A stretch of DNA of 64,000 nt from Sphyrna mokarran (Eukaryota). The number at the start of each line of letters is the position of its first letter. Position 1 is the stretch's first letter. The stretch spans positions 23,498,001 through 23,562,000 of the forward strand of contig JAGIQG010000012.1 of NCBI GenBank assembly GCA_024679065.1. The letters run 5' to 3'. The notes beneath the pieces are model-generated. The model was not told the DNA's origin. It ran no database searches and was given only the letters and a program-made list of their open reading frames with translations. A program made the position numbers and the translations under genes. Shown here piece by piece: positions 61,309-64,000 of this stretch.

Positions 61309-62849
61309 ATAATTACATTAATGGGTTCAAGCTCATGAACTGGCTTGTGCACAGTTATATCCATCTAGAATGCGCCTTAGTTGTAGGTCATGTTTTCTTA
61401 ACACTGTAGTGATACAGACTACATTTCCATGTTAACCCTTCGTGCCAGATCCTTGCACTAGCCTGACTCCATTTTTTCCTTGAACATCGATTGCTATAGC
61501 CATCTACATTTCCTCTAAATTTCTTAATTGTCCCACTACATCTCATTTTGTTTCTCCTGCCTTTCATTGTATCTCATTTTTTTTTTAATCGCTTTAACCC
61601 CTCCTCCTTTTCCATGCCTCTGCCCTTGCCAAAACCTGTTGCATTTGTAACTATTCCCCCCTATGTCCTGTATAACCAGCTAAGGGCAATATTCAGTACA
61701 AATCATTCCATTTCTGGCTGCTAATCAAGGTCTGCTGCTTGCAACAAAATGGAGATCACTGTCTTCCATAATTGTTGACCCTTTTATACTGGTTGATTGG
61801 TGAGCTATCAGGTCATTTGATTTTATGAATCACATGCAAGCAAATATTAACACTGTTATGAGGAGAAAACTGGCTTTAAGACAAGTAACTAGACACAATT
61901 CAGATTGTAACATTTCTACAAACCAGAATTTAGCTCCTTTTGCCTTTTATAGTATTTGATATTTCTCAGGTCATTTCTTGTTCTGCCAGAGCTAAATGGA
62001 CCAAATAACTGTTGAAAAATAGTGGTGGAGTAGATGTTCTGAGGAAATGCCTTGTGTTCAAGAGTTTATAAATGGGTGATTTGTTTGAGGAAGGTAGAGG
62101 CACTTACTCCCTCAAGTGTAAGAAGAATTAATTGTGACAAATATGCTGAATATTTATGCATATTCTCCCTCAGGTTCATTTTTGTGATGGGGTAGAGGAT
62201 GAGCATTTGCAGTACCATTTGTTAATTCTTGGAAAGCTGAATGATCTAGTTACTAACTTTCATTTTTCCCCCAACTAAGAATTACGCAGCCTTTAATTTT
62301 CCCAACTCGGAGTTAGGTTAAAGATTACAATAGATCAAATTTTTAGAACTTGAGATGTCAAACTATGTTCTTAGTGTACTTAACAGATTTTCTGTTCTGG
62401 GTTTTTTTTTAAGTAATTGGCACATTCTACAACTAAAAAATAAAGTGTGTAATGCTTCCTTTAGTTTATTTTTGGAAATTAATTTCAAAGATGATGGATT
62501 GAAATAAAAGTTGAAACTTTACTACCTATTTCTGGAATCTAATTCATTAATTTTTTTCAACTGTCCACTTTGCATTAATTTTTTTAGTGTAGATTTTCCC
62601 ATACAAAGTCTTAAGGGAAGAGTGTAACTAAATGATTTTAATCTATCATATTATACAACTGAAGTAATTCATTCAGTTGCACTGTAACTGATTGAAAAAT
62701 AGGTGGTCTATGTATCCAATGCACTTCATATTTTTGTTACATACAAACTTTGTTAAACATTTATGTCAACTGTGATTTGAACCCTACCCTCTGGATTACG
62801 AGTCCAGTGATATTATCACTATGCTATCACCTCCTCTCCGTTTCTTCGA

Positions 62850-63107
62850 CAGCACCTTCTAAACTAATTACCTCTACCATCAAGAACAGAAGCAGCAGAT
62901 GCTTCACCACCTGCAAGTTGTCCGCCACACCTCAAACAATATTGCTGTTTTTTCCCTTTTGGATTGAAATTCTGGAACTCCTAAAAGCATAGTAGGTCTT
63001 CCTATAATGCAGACACTGCAATGGTTTGAGGAAGCACACCACCAACTGCTCAACAGCAATAAATATTGGCTGAGCCAGCAATGCTCACATCCCATGAAAA
63101 ATAAAAA
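62850..63107 (+). mobile_element. LINE 3' end of the same family as 36720-36795
   Basis: cctctaccatc...agcagcagatgc...caccacctgcaagtt...ctggaactcc...gcaataaatattggctgagccagcaatgctcacatcccatgaaaaataaaaaa. Confidence 0.7.
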
Positions 63108-64000
63108 ATTGCAGGAATGTTGTTGTTTTTGCCTACATTATGACAATTATTGGAAGTACAAAGCACCACTGAACTGAAATGTCTTTGATGCACTATCTTT
63201 GTCTCTTCCCTTGACCTTCTCCCACTCCACACACCCAAAATTACTTCCAGCAATCATTCTGGATTTGAATAAACTATAAAATATTCCTTTAACTATGTAA
63301 GTATCCCCCTCCTAATGCGCTGGAATACGTTTCAATAACTCTGCAAATGTATTTCAGGAACTCCTGAATATTCTCTTGAAGAAACCAGCTTTAAAAAAGT
63401 TTACATTCAGGTACTTGTTTAATTAAAAAGTAAATAAAAATAGAATAGGGAAAAATAAGCAGTAGTATGCAATTATGTTGTATTTTAACTACAGCCTCAT
63501 TTTAATGTACTGTAGTATCCTTGTGTCTGCTAAGGAAAGATCCTCCAGTCACGTTACAGGTTTTGTTTGTGGAAGAAGCTGGATGAGAAATAAAATACAT
63601 GTTTATCATCAACCTGACTTAAACATTCCAAGCCGAGTGTTGCATCAAGTATGTCGTGGCTATGACATTTTAGGTCAAGTTAGCCTCACATCTTTCAGAT
63701 GGTGATAAAATTGTATAGTCATGAACCCAATTGAATCAAAATGTTGAATTAGGTTTAAAAAAATCTTAGATTGAACGGAAAAGTTATCAAACACTAATAT
63801 TTTCATCTGCAATCAGACCTAGAAAGTTTGGCTTCAAAATTTGACAAATTTCTTATTACACACTAGCAAAAAATTAACATTACACCATTCTTCCACCATC
63901 ATCCAACTTTGAATACAAACCTGGCCAATTCACACATTCTAAAATGGATTTGAGCCTACCTACCTGCTGAAATCTGAGATGAAGCAAGTTAAAATAGGTA

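Noticed and set aside
57976-64000. 3' exons of MAP3K4, the convergent neighbour of AGPAT4 in mammals
   Set aside because: I found no kinase C-terminal coding sequence on the minus strand in this window.

Overview
AT-rich vertebrate genomic DNA, very likely from a shark or other elasmobranch (inferred from HE1/V-SINE-type SINEs and the mix of CR1, L2 and Penelope repeats). The only protein-coding gene I can support is AGPAT4 (LPAAT-delta, 1-acylglycerol-3-phosphate O-acyltransferase 4) on the + strand. Seven coding exons are present: 12939-13108, 23584-23745, 25638-25791, 27501-27603, 33553-33628, 35356-35554 and 54010-54098 (stop TAA). All have GT-AG splice sites in compatible phases and together encode about 317 C-terminal residues, including the NHxxxxD and EGTR motifs. 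I did not find the ATG-bearing exon, which probably lies upstream of the window. The introns are dense with decayed transposons: CR1, L2 and RTE LINEs, V-SINEs, Penelope-like remnants with degenerate hammerhead cores, Harbinger-type Myb/SANT gene fossils, MITEs and a probable solo LTR. Nearly all ORFs in the supplied track are spurious or TE remnants. I found no convincing new multi-gene system. The best leads are small structures: a pre-miRNA-sized 26-bp hairpin at 8701-8759, a ~70-bp tail-only retroposon present twice with the same breakpoint, a near-identical 111-bp templated duplication beside a TSD-bounded Penelope insertion, a ~290-bp inverted repeat pair, and an in-frame exon bracketed by oppositely oriented LINEs. 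Repeat family names and boundaries come from my recall of consensus motifs and are approximate; I ran no searches.
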